Both the position numbers and the translations under genes were made by a program. This document shows positions 38,775 through 51,805 of a DNA stretch of 64,000 nucleotides, in pieces. Position 1 is the first letter of the stretch, and every line of letters begins with the position of its first letter. The notes under the pieces are model-generated. The model had not been told where the DNA came from. It was given only the letters and a program-made list of their open reading frames with translations, and did no database searches. This DNA is from Phoronis australis (taxonomy: Eukaryota > Animalia > Phoronida): the NCBI GenBank assembly GCA_002633005.1, contig NMRA01000099.1, forward strand, positions 425,468 to 489,467. Reading direction: 5' to 3'.

Positions 38775-41137
38775 CAGGCCAGTAGACCGCATTGCGCAGG
38801 GGGTGGTTCGAATTTCTTAAACGGTGGACCTTTGACATTTTGCAAACGTCGACACTGTGGAGTTTTCAGTATGGCCCTCAGTTGACGCAGTTTAATACGG
38901 GGAAGGGAAATATTTGTATACACAACGATGACTCCCAGCTCTATGTTTTTGAGATGAGACGGAATTAGTAATACCAGAGATGAGGATGCCGTGACTGTTG
39001 GTCGCAAAGAACGGGACTCAATTTGGATGTAATGTGGTTCAAAACGTTCTCGTGTTACTTCCTGCCAAATTTTCAAACCAGGCATGCTTAAATGAGTGAT
39101 TACACCTACTCGGACTGAAATATTTAGTCGGAGAATAACTTGCCGAAATTCATTTTTATCTAGTTATATTTTTGCGTATTACTTAAGCTGCTTATGTCGT
39201 TGGAAATGGGAACAGCTAACTACTTTCCATTCGGTTCGCTATTCCCAAGGTTCGCTACTGCGAAGGTTCACTACCACGCAAAGATCTAACTTTTTCAACT
39301 CCAGTGTAATTTGTACACTTTTACATGCAAAAATGAATGAAACAACGTCCGGGTACTAAAATACTTTGCTTGGCCGGATTTCATGCGCATGCGAAATTGC
39401 CCGCATGTCTCACGAACACGGAAAAATGAGAACGTTATTGCATTTCAAAGATATGGAGTGGAAATTTTGACGAATTATCAACCACGATACATTCATCAAA
39501 TCCATGTAATGGTCGCATCATTTTATAGCGCGACCTAAAAGTTTAAGGCCGCTGCGTCTGAACCTCACCCACCGGAACCACACACACGGCGGGTCGAAAT
39601 TAAATGTAGTTAGCAGACTTCCCTGTACCTAACAGTCTTCACGAAGTCAGTGAGCCCCATTCAGTCTTCTTAAATTTAAAACCGTTGGTCGCCGCAGCCC
39701 TGACCTGTGCCACAGATGTTGTCCATGCTTGAGAATGAGTCGTTAGTTACTGATTCAAGAATGACGATTGGCAGTGAGTGGAATCGAGCTCATTTGTAAA
39801 CAATGAAACCAATGTATTAAGAACTAGACGAAGTCAACTTTTGCACACCCTGTAAATGGTTACTAAATGTACACAAATACAATAATTTATTCATGTTTGT
39901 TACGACTCATTAGCAGACAATCAGAGTAATGAAATGTGTGGCTCAGTGGTTTGAGGTCGGGACTCCTGACGGAAAACCCGAGTTTGGCGAATCCTGGCTT
40001 CACTTGCTGCCAATCGAGCATTGCACAAGGGTGTCTCCTACTCCTCTGAGCTTGGTCTTACTAGTGAATACGTGAATATGTGCAAGGGTGTGAATTAAAA
40101 CCCGGATATAATGCAAATGCGACTCCTGACGCCGTTCTTATATTTAAAAAAAATAACTGTCGGAGTTCTGGTTTTGGAATTGTGGACATTCGAAGTAGTG
40201 AAATTTTGAAGGTGGCGAACCTTCGGAGTAGCGAACCTTCGGAATTGGGTATCTAACCTTGGAAATCTTTTCCGTCAAGTTAGTTGCTTGTATGAAGTCT
40301 GTGAGGTTGTGCACCATTGACTATTGACAAGAGAAGTCTATCTCCATTGACCATAGTTTTTATTGGGTCTAGACCTACTTTTCCCCTAAAATGTAAACGT
40401 GCTCGTTAGTGTTTTCTCACAGCAAGCGAACACGGTTAAAGTTAAATTCTGGTTTTTGAGCAGACGGAGGGCTACCTATAGTTAGCTTACCGTCGGCTTC
40501 TACTGAATTTAAAAGGACGGAAACGCACACACGTGTACACGCATGCATGTCAAGCCACCAATCCACAATCGAAGTGGACACTGGATGAAAAACATACCTG
40601 TATTTGACGAACACTTTCAATTCCAAATTTGAAAACGCCTGCCCTTTACCGCACTATGCTAGCAAGCAATATCCCATAACAAACCCTATTTTCTGCTTTT
40701 TCGTTTCTTAGTAGATTTTGAGGCATTCACCTACACCGCACTGTTTCTTTTTGGGAGCTCTCACGTGCGCTTATCTTGGTTAAATAATTCAGTTTTTGGC
40801 CACAGTAAGATTAAAACCCGGTTTAGAAATTTACTACTCTAGACCCCCTTGTTACCCTACGGTGTAGCCACCACGTGTGATCAATGCCGACGAGTAACAT
40901 AAAGCCTCCTTTAATCGTCTGCGCAATCCTTGTCATCTACACAAATACTACTCGGGTGAAGTCGGCCTGGTACGACCCGAAGATTACGCGAAGCGCTTTG
41001 AATGAGAAGCAAATTCAAAATTATTATTAGTTAGTAGTACAAGTAGCTGCAACAAATTTGTTGTTGTTCATATGTATCATATCTTTAACGGATAGGCTGG
41101 GATTGGACCTTTTCCCCTCCCCCTGGCCACTGGCCTG
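38775..41137. mobile_element. 2.4-kb non-autonomous TIR element (hAT5-like) inserted in the LINE
   Basis: Ends CAGGCCAGT...ACTGGCCTG with G/C tracts; flanks TTTTA and CTTTA. LINE-like protein sequence resumes across the junction (NYYV|FTNILTSLRDKHF). Confidence 0.7.
39208..40258. mobile_element. 1.05-kb GG...CC element with 8-bp TSD (MULE/Merlin-like), nested
   Basis: TTGGAAAT on both sides (39200-39207, 40259-40266); inverted subterminal repeats ggttcgctact..gaa and ttcggagtagcgaacc. Confidence 0.65.
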
Positions 41138-43029
41138 CTTTACTAACATCTTAACTTCACTACGAGATAAACACTTCCTAAATAAAAAAATAATTGGATG
41201 AAGCACGACATACTCCTTTCAATAAAATTTAGAGACAAACTAACATAAACTGAAAAGAACACCTACTTTGCTTGTTTACTTTACTTATAAACACAACCTA
41301 CAAAATTAAAATATGATCCTTAAATATGTAATAAAGCAAGCACAAACAAAGTTTAATCAGCAGGGATTTCGAAAAACCAACAACGACATAAAAAAAAATA
41401 ATATAAGTCTGTAACACACAACCCTTAAGAAGAAAGTAAATTCCCAAAATTTATAAATATCAACAATGACACAATTTCAAATCAAAAAGAACTTGTGGAA
41501 AATTTTAATCACTTTTTCGTTAACAAAGGCAAAATTCAGCCCCACAGCCAGGACATCTATTTGATGAATTCTCCAATTATTTTTCAACTTTTCCCCAAAA
41601 CACTGTTAGATTCAACCACGTATCTGAAGATATTGTTTTGAAACGCATTCGATTACTCAAGTCTAAGTCTTATTTTTATCATAATGGACTGTCAACATTT
41701 TTTTTAAAACAGCCCTGCCCTCCCAGACACTATTATAACCTTTGACTCTTATGGTATTACTCCAAACAAATTAAAAACAGCAAAAGTTATTCTAATTTTC
41801 AAGAAAATGATCTTGATCCCAATATACTAAACAATTATTGTCCTTTATGTGTCTTTACATCTATCTCCAAATTTTTTGTAAAAAATGGTTTACGAGCAAA
41901 TTTACACATACCTCATACAACATGATTTTATACACTTCTCAGCACAGTATGGGTTTCGGACCAATCACTCGACTGAACAAGCAGCCCCTGAGTTGATAAA
42001 GAGAATCTATGAATATCTTGATAATAACTACACCCTGTTAGCTATATTCATGGAACTTTCAAAAGCATTTGACACAAGAGACCATAATACATTACTGCAA
42101 AAATTAACAAAATATGATATCCTGAACACAGAACTTAACTGGTTTTCTATTTGCCTACAGAACAGGTCACAGATTGTTGCATATAATAACATTTCATCGT
42201 CATTATCAAACATCTCTACTGGGGTCTCCAAAGCTCAATATTAGGCCCACAATATTTTCATTAATGTTCTACACTCTGTAACTCCATTGAATGTCCCCAT
42301 GTACGCTGACGACACTTGTGTACTCACTCTTATAGTTCTGAACTCATCGATAGAGAGCTCCAACAGAGCAGATTCCATGAACAATCGATTACAAACTATT
42401 TATCTATGATCCCCAGAAAATAAGCTCTCCTTTAACGTCTCAAAAACGAGATGCATGCTTTTCCACTTTAGCCAGAATAGAACAATTAAAACTCAGTCCC
42501 CACTATTGAAATGAAGAACACATTTCTAATTTACGTATTACACTACAAATTCCTAGGAATACACATTGTTTTATACCCTTCTATGGCATGACTATAAGAA
42601 ATGTCAAAAAAATCTCCGTTTCTTAGCTACACTCGCCCAATTTGTAAAACTCTACAAACGTTATCTTGATTAAAGTTTTACTACAAATGTATAAACAGAA
42701 TTCATTCAAGAATATCGGCCACTTCGAGAAAACATGCCCAGAACACCACCATCACAATTTCCCGGTTACAGAATGGGTTTTATGGTTCTTGGTGGCCACG
42801 GTGGGTCTTCTTTCCCCATAGTTGACATGTAATTCGCTTAAAGCGCTGGTCACTCTTATCGGTGCAGATTTTGAAAGGAGTTTTAAATATTTTCTCCAAA
42901 CTTTTGACGGTTATGGAGGGTTAAAGGACATTATTTTGTTAAGATGGTGGACGAAACTGTGGACTCGTATCTCATTAGAATTTGAAAGTCATATGAGTGA
43001 CAGTTGATTCTATCCGCTCACCTTCCTTC

Positions 43030-44135
43030 CATCACCGGGACAACTTCCAACACAACTGCGCGATTTCACAAAAATAGGAAAAGAGAAATGGCTAATTCCT
43101 TCACTGGGCCCTCTCTCGTCCAAGTCCTGACGCCAACCAGGGGCGGATACAGGATTTTGAGTTAAGGAGGGCCAGGGCCCAGAGTATTAGCCAGGCCTTT
43201 TGCCCGCCAGACATTCTCACCCCGGACTGCCAAATGGAATCTGGGAAAATTTTAGGGGAGGAATTCCCCTCCACCCCTTAAATTCGCCACTGCCAACGTA
43301 CAAGGCAGCTAAGCATCTTGATGATATCATAAACTGTACATTCAGAGTTGCCACTCCAGTCGTCAAGATTTCATTGCTATATATTGCTCACACACACAAG
43401 TGGCATCCCCTCGTCAACCTATGTCGCTTGATGTTGAGTCTGTTTTTCACCAATGTGCCTGTTGATGAGACCATTGCCACCATTTTGGATAGCGTATACC
43501 ATGTCCCACATTTAAAGTCACCAGAGATTTCACTAACTCATATGAGAGAGTTGTTCAGGGACCATCTGCCGTGCGCTACCAAAGTATCGCCATATGAATG
43601 GCAAATTCACTCTACAAAAAGATGGACTTTCCGCTGGGTCCCACTTTTTCGGAATTCTGTATGTCTGAAGTGAAAAAGGGATAGCAACGTGATCGGTGGT
43701 ATTCCTATCTATATTTGAATATTTTTGTTTATTTGGTCTATTTTGTGCAGTGCGTGGTGAACTTAAGCGTCACTCTGTTTTGAACTTTACCTACGAGCTT
43801 CCTGTAAATGACAAAATTCCGTTTTTTACGTGCTTGTGAACCATTCTCCATTTGAATTGTCTACATCAGTTTATCACAATCAAGATGTAGGTCGCATAAG
43901 GCAAACCCTAGCTGGTGAATGGCTACACCAATGCATTTGTCCACCGTCATATTAGTCGAGTTGTGTCAAAAATTAATTGTGAATCAACTGCACGTCGGAC
44001 CACTGTGATCAAAAAGGTATTTTACAAAAGTTATTACCTCCGAACACACCATTAAGAAAATCATTTGGGATAAGTTATGCTCTATCATGAACGATTGTCA
44101 TTCAAATGTCGTTACATTGGTCAAACGGCAACGTT
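43030..44135 (+). mobile_element. Decayed Penelope-like element (RT plus GIY-YIG remnant)
   Basis: QVLTPTYKAAKHL, SLDVESLF/FTNVPVDETI, QKDGLSAG, LNFTYELPVNDKIPF, LVNGY, RYIGQT appear in order across frameshifts. Confidence 0.8.
43138..43292. mobile_element. 155-bp MITE with 5-bp TSD inside the Penelope RT
   Basis: CAGGGGCGGAT...AATTCGCCACTG flanked by CCAAC on both sides; removing it and one CCAAC restores codons T-P-T-Y. Confidence 0.85.
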
Positions 44136-45197
44136 TACTGTCTTTCCCGTCGGTTATCTATGCATCTTCAAAATGTCGCCATTCAAGAGCGTTTTCTGCA
44201 ATGTCATGAACGCCGGTAAAATTACCTGTAAAGAAATTATGAAAAATACGTCATTCGGCAAGTACTAGAGCGGCACGATGCGCTGCGATTGAAAGTATTG
44301 GAGTCCCTTTTGATTGCATTCGAGAAGCCTGTTTTTAATGAGCAACAAACAGTGTCGTGCTGCACGCTGCACTTGTTTGCGTGATTCCCCCGCCTCTGCA
44401 AGGAAAGACGAGAGCAAAATAAACTGTCGCTTATATCAGTGTACAAGACTGTACACACCTGGTTGCCACTGACCCCTCACACACCTACATATCATGTAAT
44501 TCCCACTCTCATTCCTTCGAGAGAACATGGCACTCCATCATATGCAAACTCTTTCTTCCTGTTTTACTCTAGAATAGACTCCCACTGACAAGACGTCATC
44601 TCCTCACCAGAAACAATAGAGACATTCACAGGTCACATCTCAAACATTAACCTTACCCAGTACATAATAAAACTTATTTAACTTGGCACTAACCCGACCG
44701 TGTTTACCTCATGCTCCGTCGAGAACAAGAATGCACCACACTGGTCGTGGCTGCACGCACCATGGCGAACTGACGACAACGGAGATATTCTGGAATTCTA
44801 CATCTTTGCTGACTAGCGGTGTGAGACTTTCCTTTGGCGATTAATCATGATATTTGTTTTGTTGTAATGAATAAAATGACAATTTCAAGACATTTGCGTT
44901 CCCAAATCTTGATTTTTAATTAAATAACCTGAGATGTGTCAGCATGCAGTTTTCCGTCGACCGTTCGAATAATTTATTACATGTAGTAGGTGACGCAACG
45001 CCGCAACAAAGAAGACAATTAGTTTCATTCCTCACCGACAGGATTGATAGTCCAAAACCGGGTCGATTGGAAATGACTTACCTGGGAAACAGTACTGAAG
45101 AATTTGTGAAATATGACCGAATTTGAGAGACAGGAATAAATTTATGGATATGATTGAATTTATAAATGAAGCATTGCATTTTTAACATAGGATTAAA

Positions 45198-45372
45198 TTT
45201 ATAAAACAGCGGTGAATTCATATAATTGTATTGAATGTTCGCAATAAGATTGATTTTTTATTGAATGAGATTGCAGAATGGAATTTGTAAAACAGCATTG
45301 AATTCATGCAGTTGTATTGAATATTCACAATAAAATTGATTTTTATATTGGATGAGATTGCAGAATTGAATT
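45198..45372. repeat. ~85-bp diverged tandem duplication, AT-rich
   Basis: tttRtaaaacagc...gagattgcagaat occurs twice in tandem. Confidence 0.8.
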
Positions 45373-48300
45373 TACAAAAAAGATCTTTTATTGCCCATAT
45401 ACAGGCATGTAAAAACAGTTTGGCTTTCAGGAAATGTTTCGTTTGATCACAGATTGTATTCCCCGGTCTATATTATTACTGTAGTACGCTGTGGTTCCCT
45501 AGCAGATACTGTTCATGTAGATTTAGATCAGTCGCCATACGGCCATCGTTTGGGATAAAATTTACTAAACATTTGTTTTTAACTAAAATTAAGCTGAACG
45601 GGGCTTTCATTCCATGTCTTATGAAATGTCTCTCGAAAAAATGCTAAGGGGAAAATGGACGTATCTCCTACACTAAACTGTAGATTGTACATTATGTCTT
45701 CTAAAAGTAGCAGCAACCGCGTAACATCATTCAGATTTGACAGTGTTCAGTCGCTGTCACGTCGCCTCAACGACCGCATCTGTCGACTGTAATCAGTCAC
45801 TTAGCAACCATCTTTGTCCGTTGTAATCCTTGTAGCACGGCGTTTTCTATTGATCGGTAACTGCGTAAATACCTATGGCCACTTGTAAGATGAAATATTT
45901 TTTCCAGAACACTCTATTCAAATGAAATTTGCGTATGCGCTTGTATCTATACCAACTATTTGGTGTTCAATTTCTTTAAATCGTACATGTAGGCTCGTCT
46001 TTGTGTGGTCACCGACTGTCAACTGCCATAAATCCAACAATGGTAGCTATTCACGAGGAGTATCACGGAAATTTCAGATTGGTCGACAAAGCAACGAACT
46101 ATGTTCATGTGAAACACGTCAGTTTTAGAAAATAACCTAGAACGTGAGATTGGTATAAAAAAGAAAGCACTATCGTTGATGGGATTCGAGAACTTGAAGA
46201 CTTTTTAATTGAACAAAGGCAATATTCTCGATGGTTTTATGACTAAAAGTATGGGTACATCTTCGAAAGAATTCCGCGAATAACATTTGTTTGGAATGTT
46301 GTTAATAGGAAACCATAACTGAATGAAATTGTTCCTTCGAAACTCGTTGTGCGATCAGACTGCAGGTCAGGAATGTGATTTCTTGAGGGTCGTACATCGG
46401 ATAAAGATGCTCAACGTTCATGTTCTGACAACTGTAAAAAAGGGTTCTGCTATTTTTGTAGTGGAAATGTTTGAATGACGAACTACTACAAAACGTCACG
46501 ATGACACAGATCTTTTTTGAAAATTTCTTAGGGGAGGGCCCTCAAATCCACCTTGACATGCAACGTCTCTCGTGCTTTCCCGGTTGCCCGAAAAGTATTA
46601 GGGAACATTAGTTCTGGAGTTACTTGCCGTACTGTGAATTTCTTGTTTGAAAATAGCCGTGCAACTTAACAACCGGCTATAAATACGCGCGCTTTGTTTG
46701 TCTTCATTTTTGTCAAACGATATTCCAACATGCCATGGTTATTTTCATTTCATGACCTGCAAGGGTTTTGACTTGTACGGAAATCGACTGATTCATAGAC
46801 GAGTTTTTGCTATCACGAGAGTCATGTGAGACATTGTTGATAATGAACTTTGATGCTTCCTGGAATTCGAGAAAATCTTTATCATCCGATATCACTCGCT
46901 AAGAAATTGTGAGTCAGTGAATTTTGACGTAGCTTGATGAAATTCGATCAGTTCTATATTATTCACACACACACCTCACCCCCGGGGGTGGGGGGGGCAG
47001 CCACTAGAAATCCAGGCACCCATTTTGCAACGACAGAACCGCATACTTTCAAACTGCACCCTTTCGAATCATGAACTTTTCTCAAACTTGACCTAATAAA
47101 GAGAAATGGTATCTTACCAGAGATTACCTATTATACGTTATTTACCGGTATTCATTTTATTGTAATTGTTCTAGTCATAATAAATGACCTTATATCGCCT
47201 ACCTCTGTCTCCTTTTCATCTCTGGTAACGAGCTTGCGACGCACGTATCATTTATCTATTATTCGGGACATATGTCGATCATAAATAGACGATACTCCAT
47301 TTACACAATCCAATGGTAATTCTTCCCGCCCTTCACTGGATTTCGCGTTTGGCGAGAGGACTTTCATACTTTATTTTACCGTAGGCACACTGTAAATAAT
47401 GGAGGTTACTTCTCTTTGGCACTCTAATAAAGGGAATTTCACAAAGATGCCCTCCTAAAGACGGGATAACGTGCTTGGGTCTACAACTGTGACCCTTTCT
47501 CGCAAATGTTTGTTGAAGCATAGGTTGTGGTTTGACAAACTGCGAATTCTGCACCCTTATGGCGAGGGGAGTATGAAATTGATGACGACCAAGGGGGCTG
47601 AAGTGGTTGCGACTGGGATGAATTTGACTTTAAGACCACGGCAAAAGTTTGGCGAAGTCAGATCAGGTTGTGTCCCCTTCCGCACAGTACACTTTGATAC
47701 CTTCACCCAAGCCTACTACAGCAAGCAAAGGGGGATGGGGGAAGGGTGTTGGTGGTAAAACCATTGTTCTCAGTCGAGGTATATAACTGATATACTTTTA
47801 ATTGGTTTTCGCAGTTAAGGATTAATTTACGTTTACAATGTATGCAATGTATGCAGGCAATTTAAATAATTCATTTAACAGTGTCTGCCTGAGAAAATCA
47901 AGTATTACTGTGAACGTAGGTGTAAACCAAACGTCAGTGGTCTGATCCTTGGAATTCTTATCTCTGTGTAGTTAAAAGATAGATCATTTTACTCATTCCT
48001 ATTGTTTCATTTCAATGAGCTCCCAGTGAACAAATAAATTAGTGAACCTTAGCCTTTAGGAGGGGTTGACAGTGGAATTTATTTCTCTCGTTTTCTATTT
48101 ATGAACCACTGTGTAGTAACTGAATTTCTGTCCACCAAATCTGAGTCTGGATCAATCGGAAGTCTCTTTCGTGCTCTCGTTACTCTAGAGAGCCCCAATA
48201 TGAAAAGTTCTATATTAAATTACGCGGTTAATAATTAATCCTCCCATTAAAAATTAATTTGCAGCAATTTGAGTATTAATTTCCACGGGCATTAAGAATT

Positions 48301-49542
48301 AATTTACACCGTTATAATCAATTTACGCACGTAACTTCCTCCAATTTGTCCAACGACAGCCAATTGACCTGCTAGTTCCGGTTCAAGTGCTGACACTTGA
48401 AAGAACCTCGTCAACCTCCTAATTTCCTTTTAAGCACACAAACAAGCAAGAAAACTTTACAACCGTACCGCAGTCATTTCCCCATGTCAAGAAACCCAGT
48501 AACCTGTGCGTAACTTTAGTCCATAGTGGGCAACTATTGTTCTTATGTCCACTTGAACAAGTTTCATCCATGGCTGCTAAAGTTTACACAGATATCAGGG
48601 CAAGAATTAAGTAGCTATCTCGCGGCATGAGAAAGACATAGTCAAAGTCACGTGCTCTTATTTGAAATACACGCCACTATCTCGCGTAATCTCACGAAGT
48701 CTTGCTTTTCGCGCGAGGTCCTAATCTGCTCAGGACACGCTTTAAACTACCGTAGCTGCATGGCTAACTTCATGCAATACAAGCGCAGTGCCGAGTGTTT
48801 TTGTAACCAAGGTGGAGGATTTGTTGCCGCTACATGTGACGTCCCACATATTTTGCAGCGGACATTAAAATCCAAAGCGAGGCTCACTACGATAAGGTGG
48901 TACTGAACAGTTAGGCTGCGGCCAATTTGCACTGCCAAAATATTAAAATTTTGGGGTAGGCCAAGTTTGGGAGCATTTTGTTGGTGGGCATTGCATGTAA
49001 GCTCAGTGAATGTGATTTGTTTGTATTTGTGAACATGCTGAGAATAAAAAAGGTCACTTTCTCGGCTGTAGCTGCACTCTTCTTCAAGATGGCGGCCCCC
49101 GGTTGCAATTGTGCATTGCTGAGCAGCGACTGAGAAATTGGCTGCGATTTTAGGTAGCCCTCAAACATGCCAGAATTGCCAAAAAAACTAGTCCGTTGAC
49201 AGTACTTTTGGGCCACATTTTCGGAATCTTTAGGAAATTTGCTTTCAGAATCTATTATTGGTTTTAGTCGTGCATCGGCAGGGAAGTGGTGTTTTTGGGG
49301 TGAAAAGTGCCGATTTTGCACTTTTTGCCCTTATTTTTCTTAGGCTAGCTTGGTTTTCAGTGGGATTGAAAGGGTCAAAAATACAAGACAGAATAAAGTT
49401 TCTGCGCTCATCTGCAGGGCTTTTTATGTGAAATAACTGAAAACATGTCATTCTTTGCATCCTGTTTTTGACAGAGTGAAGAAAAGGTGACAAATCAAGT
49501 GATGTGGGTTTTGCTGGGCAAAACCCCGTGAGAACTGGCGTG

Positions 49543-49683
49543 CGTTCAGTAGACGCTAGGACCTACGCTAGGACCTAGCTAAAAGCTAGTCAATGTCACG
49601 TGTTCTGATTTATAATACACGGCAATATCTCACGTAATCTCGCGAAGTCTTGCTTTTTAGCGAGGTCCTAGCGTTGCTGAACG
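49543..49683. mobile_element. Short MITE; relatives at about 48640-48735 and, inverted, 63174-63295
   Basis: Inverted ends CGTTCAG..ACGCTAGGACCT and AGGTCCTAGCGT.GCTGAACG; the core cgtaatctcRcgaagtctt is shared by all three copies. Confidence 0.75.
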
Positions 49684-51724
49684 GGAGGCTTCTCTGTGCC
49701 TCCTAAACAAAGCGGAAGTTGACATTGCGAGTCCAACCTAGATATTAAATCTTAAAAATGTGTCAACAATTAACCACAGAGACGTAATAAAATGCATTAG
49801 AGAAAAAGTTAGTGCACCAAAGAGTTGTCTGACAAAAGAGTATATTTTTTCAGAAAACTACAGGTTCGAAACATGCAAAGTAAATATGACCGAATTGCGG
49901 CGATCGTAGTGTTACGGATTCTGAGGTATTATGCTGAATGCAGGGTTACGTTTCGTCTTGCAAATTATTGATAAAAATGCTTTCTACACGAACAAGGTCA
50001 CCTGCTCGTATTGTTGACGAGTTGAAGATATATTCGACAGACGGTGGCGGCTCATAGCATTTTGCTGTCATGTGCAGTTAGTCATATCTGGTTTATTTCG
50101 TTGATCAAGTATATTAACATCAAGCATAGCCTGATCCTGGTGAGGTAGGGACTACTGGGATTAACAGTTGATTTGTCATTGATCTGAAAGAATAATTGAT
50201 GTTATTCAATATATTTTTTATTAAAATAAAAACCAGGCTCGTAACTGAAAATAATTTTTTTGACCAATTCTGCTTTCTTATGCCTATTTCATGTTTTAGG
50301 TTTCAAATCAATCTGTACCAAGTTGAATTTTAAAATTAAAACACCTAATTCGAGTCGTTCGTCCAAAGCATAACCTCGTCTTAGAACTCAATTTCAGTTA
50401 ACTGGACAGAGCAATTATAGTTATCATGTTCCTCCAGGAGCCTCGTTCATCCGAGGGGAAAGGTGCCAGCGCCTTCTGAAAGGGGATTTTTTCGCCGAGT
50501 AAGGGAAAATTTACCTCCCGATCACCATCAATAGCACCCCCGCCCTGTTGCAAGCTCTCATAGGCTCTGTCTCATTTTAAAGTAGCATTTTGTGCTCTTT
50601 CAAATTGTCACCTGTGTGGTTACAGGTGATTTGAACTTCAGAGAGAAATATTTAATCACTGGAGGAATTTTTAGGTCTCGTGGGGGGAATTTCGCGTGAT
50701 TTTTCAATATTTTTGAGAGGGGAATAGGGCCGACATTCGGCCTCAAAATCGAGGGATTGAGGGCCATGTTCTTTTTGGAATGAAAAATGTAGTCATGAAC
50801 ATGCAGCCTGGCTGGCCGAAGATTCTCAAGTCGTTGCTATGACGCTTGACTATCGAGACTGCGACAAAATATGAACTTTTCGAAAACATTTATAAATTTT
50901 ACACGGACGTATTTTCCTTCGTCGCGACGTATGGCAACGACCCCGGACGCTTCCTAATCTCAACGTCCTTAGGGATTGTAAAGCAGACAGTTGAGTGTCC
51001 CTATTTTTTCTAGCCGTTCGATCGAGCAACGCGAAATACAACTATGCCGATGAGCTAACAGAGCTATCGTAGCGTCGGCGTGAATTAGGTCTATAAACGA
51101 TCTACCTGAGAGGTTTACTACGGGGAACACTTTTCGACTTGGAATTCATGCAGTAAGAAAACGGCTCGAAACCGACGATGTCTATGGTATGTCAAAGGCT
51201 TAGTGTCGCAAATGTTTAGCCTTCATCTACCCCAGCCAGACACCAGTTTATCGAATTTAACATTTGAAGACAATTTAATACGAAAGATAGGTCACGCCTA
51301 TCAAACTGTATAACCACCAGGTGACGTAAGCAGCCGTCTCAGCCTCGTTGGTTCCCTGCCAGATGCAGGGAACCAGCCGTCTCAGCCAGCCAACGGTCAT
51401 GGACTGGATCCGTCGGCATAAATATTTAAACTTAATCCTTAGATCATCTGTGTTTTGTTGCTGCATTACGTCGAAAGCATTGTTCATAGAAATGTGACGC
51501 GTGGTACTGTGTCCCCATTGTTGTTGTCTAGCATGCTTGTGACTTTTATGCAACCCGAGGCCACTCGCTTGGCTGGTTCCCTGCGTGCCTAGCCAGCGTG
51601 CTGGCTACCATGCACCTAGCGGCAGGGCAGTCGGGCTCGCTGGCAATTGCCCTGACGCTCAGAAATTGCACTCATTACCAGCGGTACTAGCTTAATGTAC
51701 TGAACATATGAGACAGGATCATTA

Positions 51725-51805
51725 CATGGGCGCACCCAGCCTTTAATATGGGGGGGGGGGCTCGAATTTCTGNGCCCCCCCCCCCCCCCCCTGGGAGCGC
51801 GCATG
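51725..51805. mobile_element. 81-bp MITE with G and C homopolymer arms
   Basis: CATGGGCGCACCCAG...CTGGGAGCGCGCATG flanked by CATTA and GATTA; contains an N, so the length is uncertain. Confidence 0.6.

Larger units (their letters stand above)
37440..42660 (+). mobile_element. Decayed CR1/L2-group LINE ORF2 (APE endonuclease plus RT), split into 37440-38185, 38589-38774 and 41138-42660 by later insertions
   Basis: APE motifs NIHSL, DVLCLQE, HGGL, NIYRPP, IVAGVFN, LIDNI, SYHCP; RT motifs QYGFR..HSTE, LSKAFD, GVS, MYADDT (about 42299-42316), KFLGI. Many stops and frameshifts. Confidence 0.9.
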
